Shown here one piece after another: positions 21,600 through 33,116 of a stretch of DNA of 64,000 nt. The stretch's first letter is position 1. Every line of letters starts with the position of its first letter. A program made the translations under genes and the position numbers. The notes beneath the pieces are model-generated. The model worked only from the letters and a program-made list of their open reading frames with translations. It was not told where the DNA came from and did not search any database. This DNA is from Reyranella sp. (GTDB lineage: Bacteria > Pseudomonadota > Alphaproteobacteria > Reyranellales > Reyranellaceae), in the NCBI GenBank assembly GCA_021732285.1, contig JAKFVH010000073.1, positions 2,862-66,861 of the forward strand, read 5' to 3'.

Positions 21600-23039
21600 C
21601 TATCGCCTTGCCGCACGAGAAGGTTGCCGCAGCGCCGCCATGCGCTCGTCGATCAGGCTTTTGAGCGCGACGGTGTCGTTGGGCAGCCCGTCGACGCGCT
21701 CGGTGCGCTCCATCAGGTCGGCGAGCCGGGGCGGCAGCGCCGGCCGCTCGCCCGTCGCTTTCTCGACCGCATCCGGGAACTTGGCGGGATGCGCCGTCGA
21801 CAGAACGACCATCGGCACCTTGGCGTCGCGCCGATGCTGCTGGGCCACGGCATAGCCCACCGCGCTATGGGTATCGAGCGTCACGCCGAACCGCTTGCGG
21901 CAGTCGACGATGGCCTTGAGCGTGCCCTCGTCGTCGAGGCGGCCGGCGTCGAAGAGCTCGCGCACGCCGCCCAGCGCATTGGCGCCGACCTTGAGCGTGC
22001 CGCTGCTGCGGAAGCCCGCCATCGCCTCGGCCAGCGCCTTGCCGTCGCGGCCGTAGAGGTCGAACAGCAGGCGCTCGAAGTTGCTCGAGATCTGGATGTC
22101 CATGCTCGGGCTATAGGTCGGCACGACGTCGGTCATGGTCATGGCGCCCGTCTCGAAGAAGCGCGCCAGGATGTCGTTGCTGTTGGTCGCCACGACGAAG
22201 TGCGAAACCGGCAGGCCCATCTGCTTGGCGGCATAGCCCGCATAGACGTTGCCGAAATTGCCCGTCGGCACCGTGAAGGCGACCGGCCGGTCCGGCGCGC
22301 CGAGCTTCACCGCCGCCCAGAAGTAATAGACGATCTGCGCCATCACGCGAGCGAAGTTGATCGAGTTCACCGCGGTCAGCGCATGGCGGTCGCGGAAGGC
22401 GAGGTCGTTGAAGCACGCCTTGGCGAGGTCCTGACAGTCGTCGAACGTGCCCTCGATGGTGACATTGTGCACGTTGGGCGCCAGCACCGTCGTCATCTGG
22501 CGGCGCTGCACCTCGCTGACGCGGCCGTGCGGGAACAGCATGAAGACGTCGATGGTCCTGCGGTCGCGCACCGCCTCGATGGCGGCCGAGCCGGTGTCGC
22601 CCGAGGTGGCGCCGACGATGGTGGCGTGCTGGTGCCGCGCCGTCAGCGTGTGGTCGAGCATGCGGCCTAAAAGCTGCAGCGCCACGTCCTTGAAGGCGAG
22701 CGTCGGGCCGTGGAACAGCTCCAGCAGGTGCATGCCGCTGTCGCCCAGTGACTTCACCGGCGCGACTTCGGAGGTCTCGAACGAGGCATAGGCCTCGCCG
22801 ATCAGGCGACGGAAGGTCGCCTCGTCGAAGGCATCGCCGACGAACGGACGCATCACCCGATAGGCAACCTCGCCATAGGGCTGGCCCTTGAGGGCAGCGA
22901 TCTCGGCCTTGGAGAACTGTGGCCATTCCGCCGGCAGATAGAGGCCGCCGTCGCGGGCGAGGCCCGCGAGCATGACGTCCTCGAAGCCAAGCGGCTCAGG
23001 ATTTCCCTGCGAGCCGCGGCGCGTGCTGATGTAGAGCAA
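21600..23039 (-). CDS. thrC: Threonine synthase
   Basis: YISTR, ELFHGPTLAFKD, ATSGDTGSA, NSINFAR, TAHPAKF; probable TTG start. Confidence 0.97.
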   Translation of the reverse strand: MLYISTRRGSQGNPEPLGFEDVMLAGLARDGGLYLPAEWPQFSKAEIAALKGQPYGEVAYRVMRPFVGDAFDEATFRRLIGEAYASFETSEVAPVKSLGDSGMHLLELFHGPTLAFKDVALQLLGRMLDHTLTARHQHATIVGATSGDTGSAAIEAVRDRRTIDVFMLFPHGRVSEVQRRQMTTVLAPNVHNVTIEGTFDDCQDLAKACFNDLAFRDRHALTAVNSINFARVMAQIVYYFWAAVKLGAPDRPVAFTVPTGNFGNVYAGYAAKQMGLPVSHFVVATNSNDILARFFETGAMTMTDVVPTYSPSMDIQISSNFERLLFDLYGRDGKALAEAMAGFRSSGTLKVGANALGGVRELFDAGRLDDEGTLKAIVDCRKRFGVTLDTHSAVGYAVAQQHRRDAKVPMVVLSTAHPAKFPDAVEKATGERPALPPRLADLMERTERVDGLPNDTVALKSLIDERMAALRQPSRAARR

Positions 23040-23065
23040 AGAAAGACTCCGACTAGGCAAACCTG

Positions 23066-23317
23066 TTACGCCACTTGGCGACAGGCTGCATGATCCTTGC
23101 GGACCCTCTTGGTCGAAGCGGGGTGTTTCTCCAGCATCCGCGCCGGGCGCGTCGGACGCTTCACGAGGTCACCGCCGCAATTGGGGCAAAGACCGCCCAG
23201 CCGAGTTCGGGCGCAGTCCGCACAGAACGTGCACTCATAGGTGCAGATCAGGGCGTCGGCGGCGCCGTTCGGCAGGTCCTTGTCGCAGCATTCGCAGTTG
23301 GGGCGGAGATCGAGCAT
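23066..23317 (-). CDS. DUF1272 family Cys-rich small protein
   Basis: MLDLRPNCECCD...ICTYECTFC...CPNCGG. Confidence 0.88.
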   Translation of the reverse strand: MLDLRPNCECCDKDLPNGAADALICTYECTFCADCARTRLGGLCPNCGGDLVKRPTRPARMLEKHPASTKRVRKDHAACRQVA

Positions 23318-23326
23318 GGCTTCCTC

Positions 23327-24829
23327 TTACGCCGACAGATAGCGGGTTTCCAGATGGGCCTTGAAGGCGGCGGCCCCGAGGCGGTCGCCGGTGGCCTCGA
23401 TCAGCACCTGGTCGGTGCTTTCCAGCGAGCCCTTGCCGTGCACATTGGCCCGCAGCCAGGCCAGCAAGGGGGCAAAATCGCCTTTGCCGATGGCGGCCAA
23501 AAGGCCGGGATTGGCCCTCCGGGCGGCGGCAAATAGCTGCGCGGCAGCCAACGCCCCCAACGTATAGGTCGGGAAGTAGCCCCAGCCGCCGTCCGGCCAA
23601 TGGATGTCCTGCAGGCAGCCCAGCGCGTCGTCCGGCGGCACGATGCCCAAAAGCTCGCGCATCCCCTCGTTCCAGGCCCCGGGCAGGTCGGCGAGCTTGA
23701 GGTCGCCTGAAAGCATCGCCCGCTCCAGCCGGTAGCGCAGCATGACGTGCAAGGGATAGGTCACCTCGTCGGCATCGACGCGGATGTAGCCCGGCGCCAC
23801 GCGTGTATAAACGCGATGGATATTGTCCGCCGTCCAGGCCGGCCCATCCTTGCCGAAGGCCGCACGCATGCGCGGTGCGGCAAACTCGAGGAAGGCGTCG
23901 CTGCGACAGGCCTGCATCTCCATCAAGAGCGACTGGCTCTCGTGCAGCGCCATGCCGCGCGCATTGCCGACCGGCTGACGTCGCCAGTCGCGCGGCAACC
24001 CGAGCTCATAGAGGCCATGGCCGGTCTCGTGCAGCACCCCCATCAGGGCGCGCGCGAAGTCGGCCTCGTCGTAGCGCGTGGTGATGCGCACGTCGTCGGC
24101 CGTGCCGCCGGTGAAAGGATGCGCCGAGACATCGAGCCGGCCATGGGTGAAGTCGAAGCCGAGTCGACGGCACATCTCCTCGCCGAGCTTGCGCTGCTGT
24201 TCGACCGGGAACGGCCCGTCGAGCTCGAGCGGCTTGCCGGCCTTCGCTTGGCGCTCCATGACACGACCCAGCAGGTCGGGGAGGAAACTGCGCAACTCGC
24301 CGAACAGCTCGTCGATGCGCGCCGAGCGGCCGCCCGGCTCGAACTCGTCGAGCAGCGCGTCGTACAGCGAGGTGCCGAGCGCGGCAGCCTTGGCCTCGCC
24401 GACGCGGCGCATCACGGCCAGCACTTCGGTGAGCGTCGGCAGCAACGACTTGAAGTCGGCGTCCTTCTTGGCCTCGCGCCAGACCATCTCGCAGGCCGAC
24501 GTGGCGCGGGTGCGCGCCTCCACGAGGTCGGCCGGCAGCGCGCTTTCGTGGACCCACAGTCGCCGCATCTCGCGCAGGTTGGCGGCGCGCCAGCGATCGA
24601 GGCGCTTGGCCCCCTCCTCCGCGCGCGACAGCAGCTCGGGCATGTCTGGGGCAGCGATCATGCCATGCGCGATGACGCCCAGGGTCGCGAGCTGGTCGGC
24701 GCGATCCTTGCTGGCGCCCGATGGCATCATGGCCGAGCGGTCCCAGTTCAGGATCGAGCTGGCGCGGTTGACGGCGCTCAGCCGCGCGAAGCGGCGTTCG
24801 AGCTCGGCATAGGGATCGTTGGCGATCAT
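23327..24829 (-). CDS. M32 family carboxypeptidase
   Basis: HPF, HETGH, HESQ, IRVDADE, GYFPTYTLG. Confidence 0.95.
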   Translation of the reverse strand: MIANDPYAELERRFARLSAVNRASSILNWDRSAMMPSGASKDRADQLATLGVIAHGMIAAPDMPELLSRAEEGAKRLDRWRAANLREMRRLWVHESALPADLVEARTRATSACEMVWREAKKDADFKSLLPTLTEVLAVMRRVGEAKAAALGTSLYDALLDEFEPGGRSARIDELFGELRSFLPDLLGRVMERQAKAGKPLELDGPFPVEQQRKLGEEMCRRLGFDFTHGRLDVSAHPFTGGTADDVRITTRYDEADFARALMGVLHETGHGLYELGLPRDWRRQPVGNARGMALHESQSLLMEMQACRSDAFLEFAAPRMRAAFGKDGPAWTADNIHRVYTRVAPGYIRVDADEVTYPLHVMLRYRLERAMLSGDLKLADLPGAWNEGMRELLGIVPPDDALGCLQDIHWPDGGWGYFPTYTLGALAAAQLFAAARRANPGLLAAIGKGDFAPLLAWLRANVHGKGSLESTDQVLIEATGDRLGAAAFKAHLETRYLSA

Positions 24830-25572
24830 GGTTTGACCTTCGTGCGGCCGGCGACGGTCAGCCGGCCGTTCTCCCAATGGTAGGCGAGATAGACTCCAGC
24901 CAGCGCCAGCGCGATCAGGAACCAGGTGATGGCGTACTGCAGATGGTCGTTGGGGATGTCGAGGCGCGTCTGGCCGCCGATCGGAATGCCGCCCGGGTTG
25001 GGCGCGGCGTCGGCGTCGAGGAAGAAGGCGTCGAGCTTGGGATCGGGCTTGCCGCCCGCCATGCTGCGCATCAGCGGCACGTCGACATGGAACCAGACGT
25101 TCTTGTCAGGCACGTTCTCGGGCGCGAACTGGCGGCGCTCCTGGTTGCGGCGCACGACGCCGGTGAGGTCGACGCGGCTCGTGACCTGGCCCTGGGCGCG
25201 CTTGGCAGGGTCCTTCTGCTCCTGCGGGACCCAGCCGCGGTTGAACAGCACGATGCGCCCGTCATCCGTGCGCAGCGGCGTCACGACCTGCAAACCGACC
25301 TTGTTCTTGAGGTTGCGGGCGGCGAGGTAGAACTCCTTGTCGTTCAGGAGCGTGCCGAACACGGTCACGCGACCGTATTCATGGCGCAGCACGTTGCCGC
25401 GTAAGAGCTCGTCGAGGGTGATGGGTGCGGCCGCCTGGTTGACCTCGATGCGATGCAGAATGTCCTGCTTCCAGGCACGGCGCTCCATCTGCCAGACGCC
25501 GAGCCCCAGCGAGACCACGAAGATCGGCAGCGAGATGAGGGTGGGCCACAAGGCTGGCCTGAGCCGGAACAT
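24826..25572 (-). CDS. SURF1/Shy1 cytochrome oxidase assembly protein
   Basis: LGVWQ..R..WK, NRGWVP, NDHLQYAITWF. Confidence 0.94.
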   Translation of the reverse strand: MFRLRPALWPTLISLPIFVVSLGLGVWQMERRAWKQDILHRIEVNQAAAPITLDELLRGNVLRHEYGRVTVFGTLLNDKEFYLAARNLKNKVGLQVVTPLRTDDGRIVLFNRGWVPQEQKDPAKRAQGQVTSRVDLTGVVRRNQERRQFAPENVPDKNVWFHVDVPLMRSMAGGKPDPKLDAFFLDADAAPNPGGIPIGGQTRLDIPNDHLQYAITWFLIALALAGVYLAYHWENGRLTVAGRTKVKP

Positions 25573-25582
25573 GCGCCCTCTC

Positions 25583-25945
25583 CTACTTGTCCAACGCCGT
25601 CGAGCGATGAGTGTACTGCTGGGCGATCAGCCATGCCTTCAGCACCCGCAGCATCCACACGGCGAGCCCGACGGTGAGCGGGCCCCAGATCAGAACATGC
25701 ACCCACCACGGCGGCTCGAAGCGGAATTCCACCCAGAACACCAGGATCATGACGATGGCGCCCAGCCCCAGGATGACGAACACCGCCGGGCCGTCACCGG
25801 CATCGTTGCCGCGCAGATCGAGGTCGCATTCGGAACAGCGCTCGACCACGCCTAAAAGGCCGCGGAACAGCCGGCCGCGGCCGCAGCGCGGGCAGGCCCC
25901 GCGCAGGGCGACGTCGACGGGCGATTGCCGCGGCCAATCCGACAT
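25583..25945 (-). CDS. DUF983 family protein
   Basis: CPRCGRGRLF, GDGPA, PPWWVH; usual neighbour of surf1. Confidence 0.88.
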   Translation of the reverse strand: MSDWPRQSPVDVALRGACPRCGRGRLFRGLLGVVERCSECDLDLRGNDAGDGPAVFVILGLGAIVMILVFWVEFRFEPPWWVHVLIWGPLTVGLAVWMLRVLKAWLIAQQYTHRSTALDK

Positions 25946-26006
25946 TCACACGCTCCAAAGGCGAACCGCCGGGGGTCGCCCGGCGGTGTCATCATATCGT
26001 TCAGAC

Positions 26007-26101
26007 TCCTCTCCCCCGCTAGGGGGAGAGGTTGGGTGAGGGGGTTACAAACAGCCTTCGAAGCCCCCTCACCTAGCCTCTCCCCCTAGCGGGGGAGAGG
26101 A
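26007..26101. repeat. CCTCTCCCC-family palindromic doublet repeat
   Basis: TCCTCTCCCCCGCTAGGGGGAGAGGTTGGGTGAGGGG...CCCCTCACCTAGCCTCTCCCCCTAGCGGGGGAGAGGA; near-identical copy at 33696-33873. Confidence 0.9.
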
Positions 26102-26124
26102 ACATGAATCGTGTCCACGACAGC

Positions 26125-26997
26125 TCAGTGCAGAGCGATCGGCGCCTTGCCCGAACCCCACCAGTAGATGCAGAAGAACAGGAACAGCCACACCACGTCG
26201 ACGAAGTGCCAGTACCAGGCGGCGGCCTCGAAGCCGAAATGCTGGTTCGGCTTGAACTGGCCCGCCATGGCGCGGAACAGGCAGACCAGCAGGAAGGTCG
26301 TGCCGACCAGCACGTGGAAGCCGTGGAAGCCGGTCGCCATGAAGAACGTCGACGAATAGATGTTCTCCCGGAAGCTGAACGGCGCGTTGATGTACTCGTA
26401 GGCCTGGATGGCGGTGAAGCAGATGCCGAGGATCACCGTCAGCGTCAGGCCGCGCACGGCGTCGCGCTTGTTGCCCTCGAGGATGGCGTGGTGCGCCCAC
26501 GTCACCGTGGTGCCCGAGAGCAGCAGGATCAGCGTGTTCATGAAGGGCAGGTCGAACGGCGCGATGACGCTGATGCCCTTGGGCGGCCAGATGCCGCCGG
26601 TGGCCTCGGCGCGCACCGGCATCTCCGGCGAGTTCGGGAACAGCGAGGCGTCGAAGAAGGCCCAGAAGAAGGCCGCGAAGAACAGCACCTCCGAGGCGAT
26701 GAACAGGATCATGCCGTAGCGCAGGCCGAGCTGGACCACCGCGGTGTGGTACTTGCGCGACTCGGCGATGACATCGCTCCACCACCAGAACATGACCGCC
26801 AGGATGAGCCCGAGGCCGGGCGCGATGATCCACCATTCGACGGCCTTGATGACCTTGGCGACGCCGGTGCCCAGCATCTCGGGATGCATGCCGAGCGCCC
26901 CGCCGACCGCCAGCATCAGGGCGCCGATCGCGCCCAGCGCCGGCCACGGGCTGGGATCGACCAGGTGATAGGGATGCTTGGGAGTGCCGTCGGCCAT
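26125..26997 (-). CDS. ctaE: Cytochrome c oxidase subunit III
   Basis: HPYHLVDPSPWP, LFIASE, TGFHGFHV, AWYWHFVDVVW. Confidence 0.97.
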   Translation of the reverse strand: MADGTPKHPYHLVDPSPWPALGAIGALMLAVGGALGMHPEMLGTGVAKVIKAVEWWIIAPGLGLILAVMFWWWSDVIAESRKYHTAVVQLGLRYGMILFIASEVLFFAAFFWAFFDASLFPNSPEMPVRAEATGGIWPPKGISVIAPFDLPFMNTLILLLSGTTVTWAHHAILEGNKRDAVRGLTLTVILGICFTAIQAYEYINAPFSFRENIYSSTFFMATGFHGFHVLVGTTFLLVCLFRAMAGQFKPNQHFGFEAAAWYWHFVDVVWLFLFFCIYWWGSGKAPIALH

Positions 26998-26999
26998 GT

Positions 27000-27584
27000 T
27001 CATCCACCCTTTCCAGTGGCGCCGGCAGCAACGCTGCCGAGCAAGGTCTTCGCCCGCTCCGTCTTGGCCTCGAAGAAGGTGTACGAGAGCGTGATGGTGC
27101 GGACGTTGTCGTAGCGCCGATCCTTGTCCATCTCGGGATCGACGAAGAACACCACGGGCATGTCCATCGACTGCCCGGGCAGCAGCAACTGCTCGGTGAA
27201 GCAGAAGCATTGCAACTTGTTGAACCACGGACCCGAGTGCTCGGGCGTGACGTTGTAGGTCGAGGTGCCGACGATCGGGCGCTGCGAGACGTTGGTCACG
27301 CGGTAATGCACCAGGCGCTCCTCGCCCAGCTTGACCTTGACCTCGCGCTCGAGCGGCGTGAAGCGCCACGGCAGGTTGGCATCGACGTTGGAATCGAAGC
27401 GCACGTTGACGGTGCGCGACAGGATCGGACGCTCGCCTGCCTGGGCGACCTGCGGCGTGCCGCCGAAGCCGGTGGCGCGGCAGAACATGTCGTAGAGCGG
27501 CGAGGCGGCATAGGCGAGCGCCAGCATGCCGCCGACCGCGGCCGCCAGCGTCCAGGCCAGGCGAGCGTTCTTGTCGCCGCTCAT
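27000..27584 (-). CDS. ctaG: Cytochrome c oxidase assembly protein CtaG/Cox11
   Basis: PLY..FC..TGFGGT, CFCF copper motif, ITLSYTFF. Confidence 0.96.
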   Translation of the reverse strand: MSGDKNARLAWTLAAAVGGMLALAYAASPLYDMFCRATGFGGTPQVAQAGERPILSRTVNVRFDSNVDANLPWRFTPLEREVKVKLGEERLVHYRVTNVSQRPIVGTSTYNVTPEHSGPWFNKLQCFCFTEQLLLPGQSMDMPVVFFVDPEMDKDRRYDNVRTITLSYTFFEAKTERAKTLLGSVAAGATGKGG

Positions 27585-27727
27585 AGATGCGGCCCCATGC
27601 GCACGATGGTGAGCACGAAGAAGATCACGACCAGCACCAGCAGGAAGGCTGCCACCACGAGGTTCTTGCCGCGCTGGCGGCGGTGCATGTCGGAATCGCC
27701 GGGGCGGTTGTCGGCCATCACGCTCAT
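27581..27727 (-). CDS. Small membrane protein of the cox operon (CoxF-like), not in ORF track
   Basis: 48 aa MSVMADNRPGDSDMHRRQRGKNLVVAAFLLVLVVIFFVLTIVRMGPHL; ATGA overlaps with both ctaB and ctaG. Confidence 0.8.
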   Translation of the reverse strand: MSVMADNRPGDSDMHRRQRGKNLVVAAFLLVLVVIFFVLTIVRMGPHL

Positions 27728-28653
27728 CCGGCCAGCATCCGGGAGACGAACTGGTCGACCGGCAGCGCGGCGAACAGCGCGGCGAGATAGATCAGCGAGA
27801 AACGGAACATGCGGCGCGCCGTCCCGTAGCCGCTCGCGTCGTCAGCGGTGCGCCACACGATGACGGCGTGGCCGATGAAGGCCAGGCTCAGCACCAGGGC
27901 GACGGCGCCGTACAGCCAGCCGACCGAGCCCATCAAGGTCGGCACCAGCGCCACCGGCAGCAGCACCAGGGTGTAGATCAGCATCTGCCGCTTGGTCTCG
28001 CGCGGGCCCGCCACCACCGGCAGCATGGGCACGCCGGCGCGGCGATAGTCCTCGCTGCGATAGAGGGCGAGCGCCCAGAAGTGCGGCGGCGTCCACAGGA
28101 AGATCAGGCCGAACAGGGCGATCGAGATGGCCGAGACGTCGCCGGTGACGGCGGCCCAGCCGATCATCGGCGGGAAGGCGCCGGCGGCGCCGCCGATCAC
28201 GATGTTCTGCGGCGTGCGGCGCTTCAGCCACACCGTGTAGATGAAGACGTAGAACAGGATCGCGGCAGTGAGCAGCGCGGCGGCGACGAAGTTGGTCGAC
28301 ACCGCCATCAGCAGGACGGAGAAGATCGACAGCAGCACGCCCAGCGCCAGCGCATCGTCCGGCGCCACGCGGCCGGCCGGCAGCGGCCGGTTGGCGGTGC
28401 GCGCCATCAGAGCGTCGAGGTCGCGCTCGTACCACATGTTGATGCAGCCGGCGGCGCCCGAACCCAGCGCGATCGCCAGCACGGCGAGCGCGGCCATGAA
28501 CGGATGCAGATGCCCGGGCGCGATCATGACGCCGACCAGGCCGGTGAAGACGACCAGCGACATGACCCTGGGCTTCAGCAAGTCGACGTAGTCGCGGACG
28601 CGTGTGGGCGCCGCCTCGTCGAATGCTCTCAGGATCTGTGTCGTGTCACTCAT
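27724..28653 (-). CDS. ctaB: Protoheme IX farnesyltransferase (heme o synthase)
   Basis: LLKPRVM, D..M.RT..RPLP, KRRTPQNIVIGG, WTPPHFWAL. Confidence 0.97.
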   Translation of the reverse strand: MSDTTQILRAFDEAAPTRVRDYVDLLKPRVMSLVVFTGLVGVMIAPGHLHPFMAALAVLAIALGSGAAGCINMWYERDLDALMARTANRPLPAGRVAPDDALALGVLLSIFSVLLMAVSTNFVAAALLTAAILFYVFIYTVWLKRRTPQNIVIGGAAGAFPPMIGWAAVTGDVSAISIALFGLIFLWTPPHFWALALYRSEDYRRAGVPMLPVVAGPRETKRQMLIYTLVLLPVALVPTLMGSVGWLYGAVALVLSLAFIGHAVIVWRTADDASGYGTARRMFRFSLIYLAALFAALPVDQFVSRMLAG

Positions 28654-28665
28654 CGCTCAATCAAG

Positions 28666-28692
28666 GCGAAGGCGCCGCAGGGGCGCCTTCGC
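28666..28692. terminator. Intergenic stem-loop between ctaD and ctaB
   Basis: GCGAAGGCGCC-GCAGG-GGCGCCTTCGC; no clear U tract, so it may be a stabilising or processing hairpin. Confidence 0.45.
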
Positions 28693-28699
28693 TCCTATC

Positions 28700-30361
<1,662 letters not shown>

Positions 30362-31225
30362 TTAGCGGTTGGCGGGAGCGGTGACGGAAGCGAAGTCGGT
30401 CGCCGGCAACAGGCCGGCCTTCTTCTTCTTCTGCTCCACCCATTTGTCGAAGACGTCCTTGGAGACCACGCGCACCGCGATCGGCATGTAGGCGTGATTG
30501 TCGCCACAGATCTGCGAGCACTGGCCGAAGTAGAAGCCCTCTTCCTTGACGCTGATCCAGCCCTCGTTGAGGCGGCCGGGGATCACCGTCTTCTTGATGC
30601 CGAAGCCCGGCACGGTCCAGCCGTGCATGGAGTTGCCGACGGCGGTGCCGATGATGCGGACCGTGGTGCCCTTGGGAATCACCATCTCCTCGTCGACCGC
30701 CAGCAGGCGCGGGACCTGCGGCTTCTGCTTGACGCGGTCGGCCTCGGGCAGGATGCGGCTCTCGACCGTGAAGTCACCCTGGTCCGGGTAGTTGTAGGTC
30801 CAGTACCACTGGTTGCCCGTCACCTTGATGGTGAAGGCGGCGTCGACGGCCTTGTCGCTGTAGTAGAGCAACCGGAACGACGGGATGGCGATGACCACCA
30901 GGATGAGGATCGGCACGACCGTCCAGGCGATCTCGATCACGGTGTTGTGCGTCGTCGTCGTCGCCACCGGGTTGCGCGAGGCATGGAAGCGCCACATCGC
31001 GTAGAGCAGCAGGCCAAGCACGAAAATGCAGATCAGCGTGATGATGACCAGCAGGAGGTCGTTCAGCGATTCGACCTTCTCCATCACCGGCGTGTAGGGC
31101 GGCGGGAAGTTCGTCTGCCAATCGTGCGGCACGCCGACGATCGGCTGCGCCAGGACGCCGCCCGCGAAGCCGAGCGCGGCGATCACCGCCATCCCGAGAA
31201 TGCCCAAAACGCGCTTGCCGCTCAT
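30362..31225 (-). CDS. ctaC: Cytochrome c oxidase subunit II
   Basis: IEIAWT, QWYW.Y.Y, CuA motif H...GQCSQICG..H..M. Confidence 0.96.
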   Translation of the reverse strand: MSGKRVLGILGMAVIAALGFAGGVLAQPIVGVPHDWQTNFPPPYTPVMEKVESLNDLLLVIITLICIFVLGLLLYAMWRFHASRNPVATTTTHNTVIEIAWTVVPILILVVIAIPSFRLLYYSDKAVDAAFTIKVTGNQWYWTYNYPDQGDFTVESRILPEADRVKQKPQVPRLLAVDEEMVIPKGTTVRIIGTAVGNSMHGWTVPGFGIKKTVIPGRLNEGWISVKEEGFYFGQCSQICGDNHAYMPIAVRVVSKDVFDKWVEQKKKKAGLLPATDFASVTAPANR

Positions 31226-31384
31226 GCAACTCGTCCCTTCAGCAGGCCGCTCTCTCAGGAGGGTTCCGACCCGCAAAATCCCCCGCAATTCAAAGCGGTT
31301 AGTACCAGATATAGGCCTGTGACGTAACGGGTTTTCGCCCCTTATCGGTATGTGGCGGCCGGTCGCACTGGAGGATAGGCAGAG

Positions 31385-32914
31385 CTAGCGCAGCACGCTG
31401 GAAAGCGCCTCGCCGTAGCCCGCCTTGTGCACGGTCCCGGCGAATGACGGCGTGGTCGCCCGACGCTGGAACCCGCCGCCCTTTTGATAGGCGAAGAGTT
31501 GGGCGCCGGTCGCGTCCTCGATGGAGGTCACGACGAACGATCCGTGCAGGCGACCGACGCTGACCAGGAGATCGACGGATTGACGCGGCACGACCGCGAT
31601 GGCCGGAGGCTCGCCGGCGGCGACGATGCCGCGCGCACCCGCCGACAGCAGGCCGCCAAGGACGGAGGCGTCGGATGGCTGCAGCGAATCGACAACCAGC
31701 ACCTCGGGCCGCAACCGCAGGCTGGTCGCCAGCAGCGTGGCCAAGGAGGCTTCAGGCGACGCAGTGATCTCGACTTTCGAGGCGGACGCCCAGCGGAACT
31801 CGCGGTGCGGCGCCAACGTCACGACCCGGGCGTCGCCAAGGTCGCGCGCCAGCGCCGCCAACAACACGGTCTTGCCCGCCCCTGCGGGCCCGACCACCAG
31901 CGCATTCAGTCGGCTGCGGGTGGCAATGCGTAAAAGGTCGGCCATCGGCCGGCTGAGCCGCGCGGCGGCGACCAGCCGCTCGAGGGTCGCCTCCCCCGGC
32001 TCGCCGCGCCGCAGAGCCAGGACGGGCCCGGCCGGCGCGGCCGGCGGAAACAGCACCACGCCTTCACTGCCATCGCGCAGACTGATCGCAGCCGCAGGCG
32101 ACGCCCGCCGCCTCACGAGGCGTCCGACGATCTCCGCGAGGTGGGTACTGTCGCGAAACCTCTCCGGTGACGCTTCGATGACACCCTCGCGCTCGACGTA
32201 GAGGGCGTCCGGACCGTTCACGTACACGGCGCGGATCGAACTGTCGGCCCATAGGCGCTCGATCGGCCCCAGGCCACAGAGCTCACTCAAGGCGAGGCGG
32301 GCCAGTCGATCGCGCTCGTCGGACGGCGAGCCGTCGAGCGCCGACGCGATGGCATCGATCACGACCTTGCGCGGCAGGCCGAACGGATCAGCCCCAAGCC
32401 GAGCGCGGACCTTGGCCACGACGTCGGCCAACTCGCGCGGCATCACCGTCACCAGACGCGATGGCGGCCCCGCGAACACGGCATCGCCGACGGCCGGCGG
32501 CGGCGGCGCAGCGTCGGTATCGGTCCACGTCGTCGTGCCGGTCGAGGGCTCGCTGGCGAACTGCACGAGCGGCCCGCTCGTCCGGCGCCCGCGCTGCCGC
32601 TGGGCAAGCAGCTCGGCGACCAGGCGGCGCAGCTCATAGCTTGTGAGCGTGAGCCCGCGCGTGCGGAAGGTGTTGTGGACGACCTCGCCGATGGCATAGG
32701 CGATTTCCGGCGGCGAGCGGCCGTCGCCGAAGGCCGCCGCCACCCTGGCCGACATGCCGACGGTGAAGGCGCGCCAGGTCTCCTGCATCAGGCGTGCACG
32801 ACCGGCATCGCCGCGCAGCGGGAAAATCTCCTCGAGCGGACGCGGCCGTTCGAGCACGGAATTCAGGGCGGCCGGGCCCTCATCGAGCCGCTCTCCGCCG
32901 TCCATGGCGGTCAT
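31385..32914 (-). CDS. Degenerate CpaF/TadA-like secretion ATPase
   Basis: GLGPIE.L..D..I..V.VNG, Walker A GPAGAGKT, LRLRPE; Asp box, Walker B and His box are degenerate. Confidence 0.75.
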   Translation of the reverse strand: MTAMDGGERLDEGPAALNSVLERPRPLEEIFPLRGDAGRARLMQETWRAFTVGMSARVAAAFGDGRSPPEIAYAIGEVVHNTFRTRGLTLTSYELRRLVAELLAQRQRGRRTSGPLVQFASEPSTGTTTWTDTDAAPPPPAVGDAVFAGPPSRLVTVMPRELADVVAKVRARLGADPFGLPRKVVIDAIASALDGSPSDERDRLARLALSELCGLGPIERLWADSSIRAVYVNGPDALYVEREGVIEASPERFRDSTHLAEIVGRLVRRRASPAAAISLRDGSEGVVLFPPAAPAGPVLALRRGEPGEATLERLVAAARLSRPMADLLRIATRSRLNALVVGPAGAGKTVLLAALARDLGDARVVTLAPHREFRWASASKVEITASPEASLATLLATSLRLRPEVLVVDSLQPSDASVLGGLLSAGARGIVAAGEPPAIAVVPRQSVDLLVSVGRLHGSFVVTSIEDATGAQLFAYQKGGGFQRRATTPSFAGTVHKAGYGEALSSVLR

Positions 32915-33116
32915 CCGACAGTCCGATTTATCAATGACTTCCCACTATTCCTGCACTCTAAGCAGCGGTTTCGCGGGAACTCCACGGGAAACGATGCACA
33001 CCCCCTGGGCCAACCAAATGGCGGCCTGATTGGTGGCCGAGTTGACGCTTGTCTTTCCGGGACCTGTCAGTATGGTCGCGCGCCGACCCTATCGGCGTGG
33101 TGAGAGTGAGGGTCCC

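Noticed and set aside
32925-32995. Possible CtrA box upstream of the cpaF-like gene
   Set aside because: The best match (CTAA-N7-TTTC) has three mismatches to TTAA-N7-TTAA.
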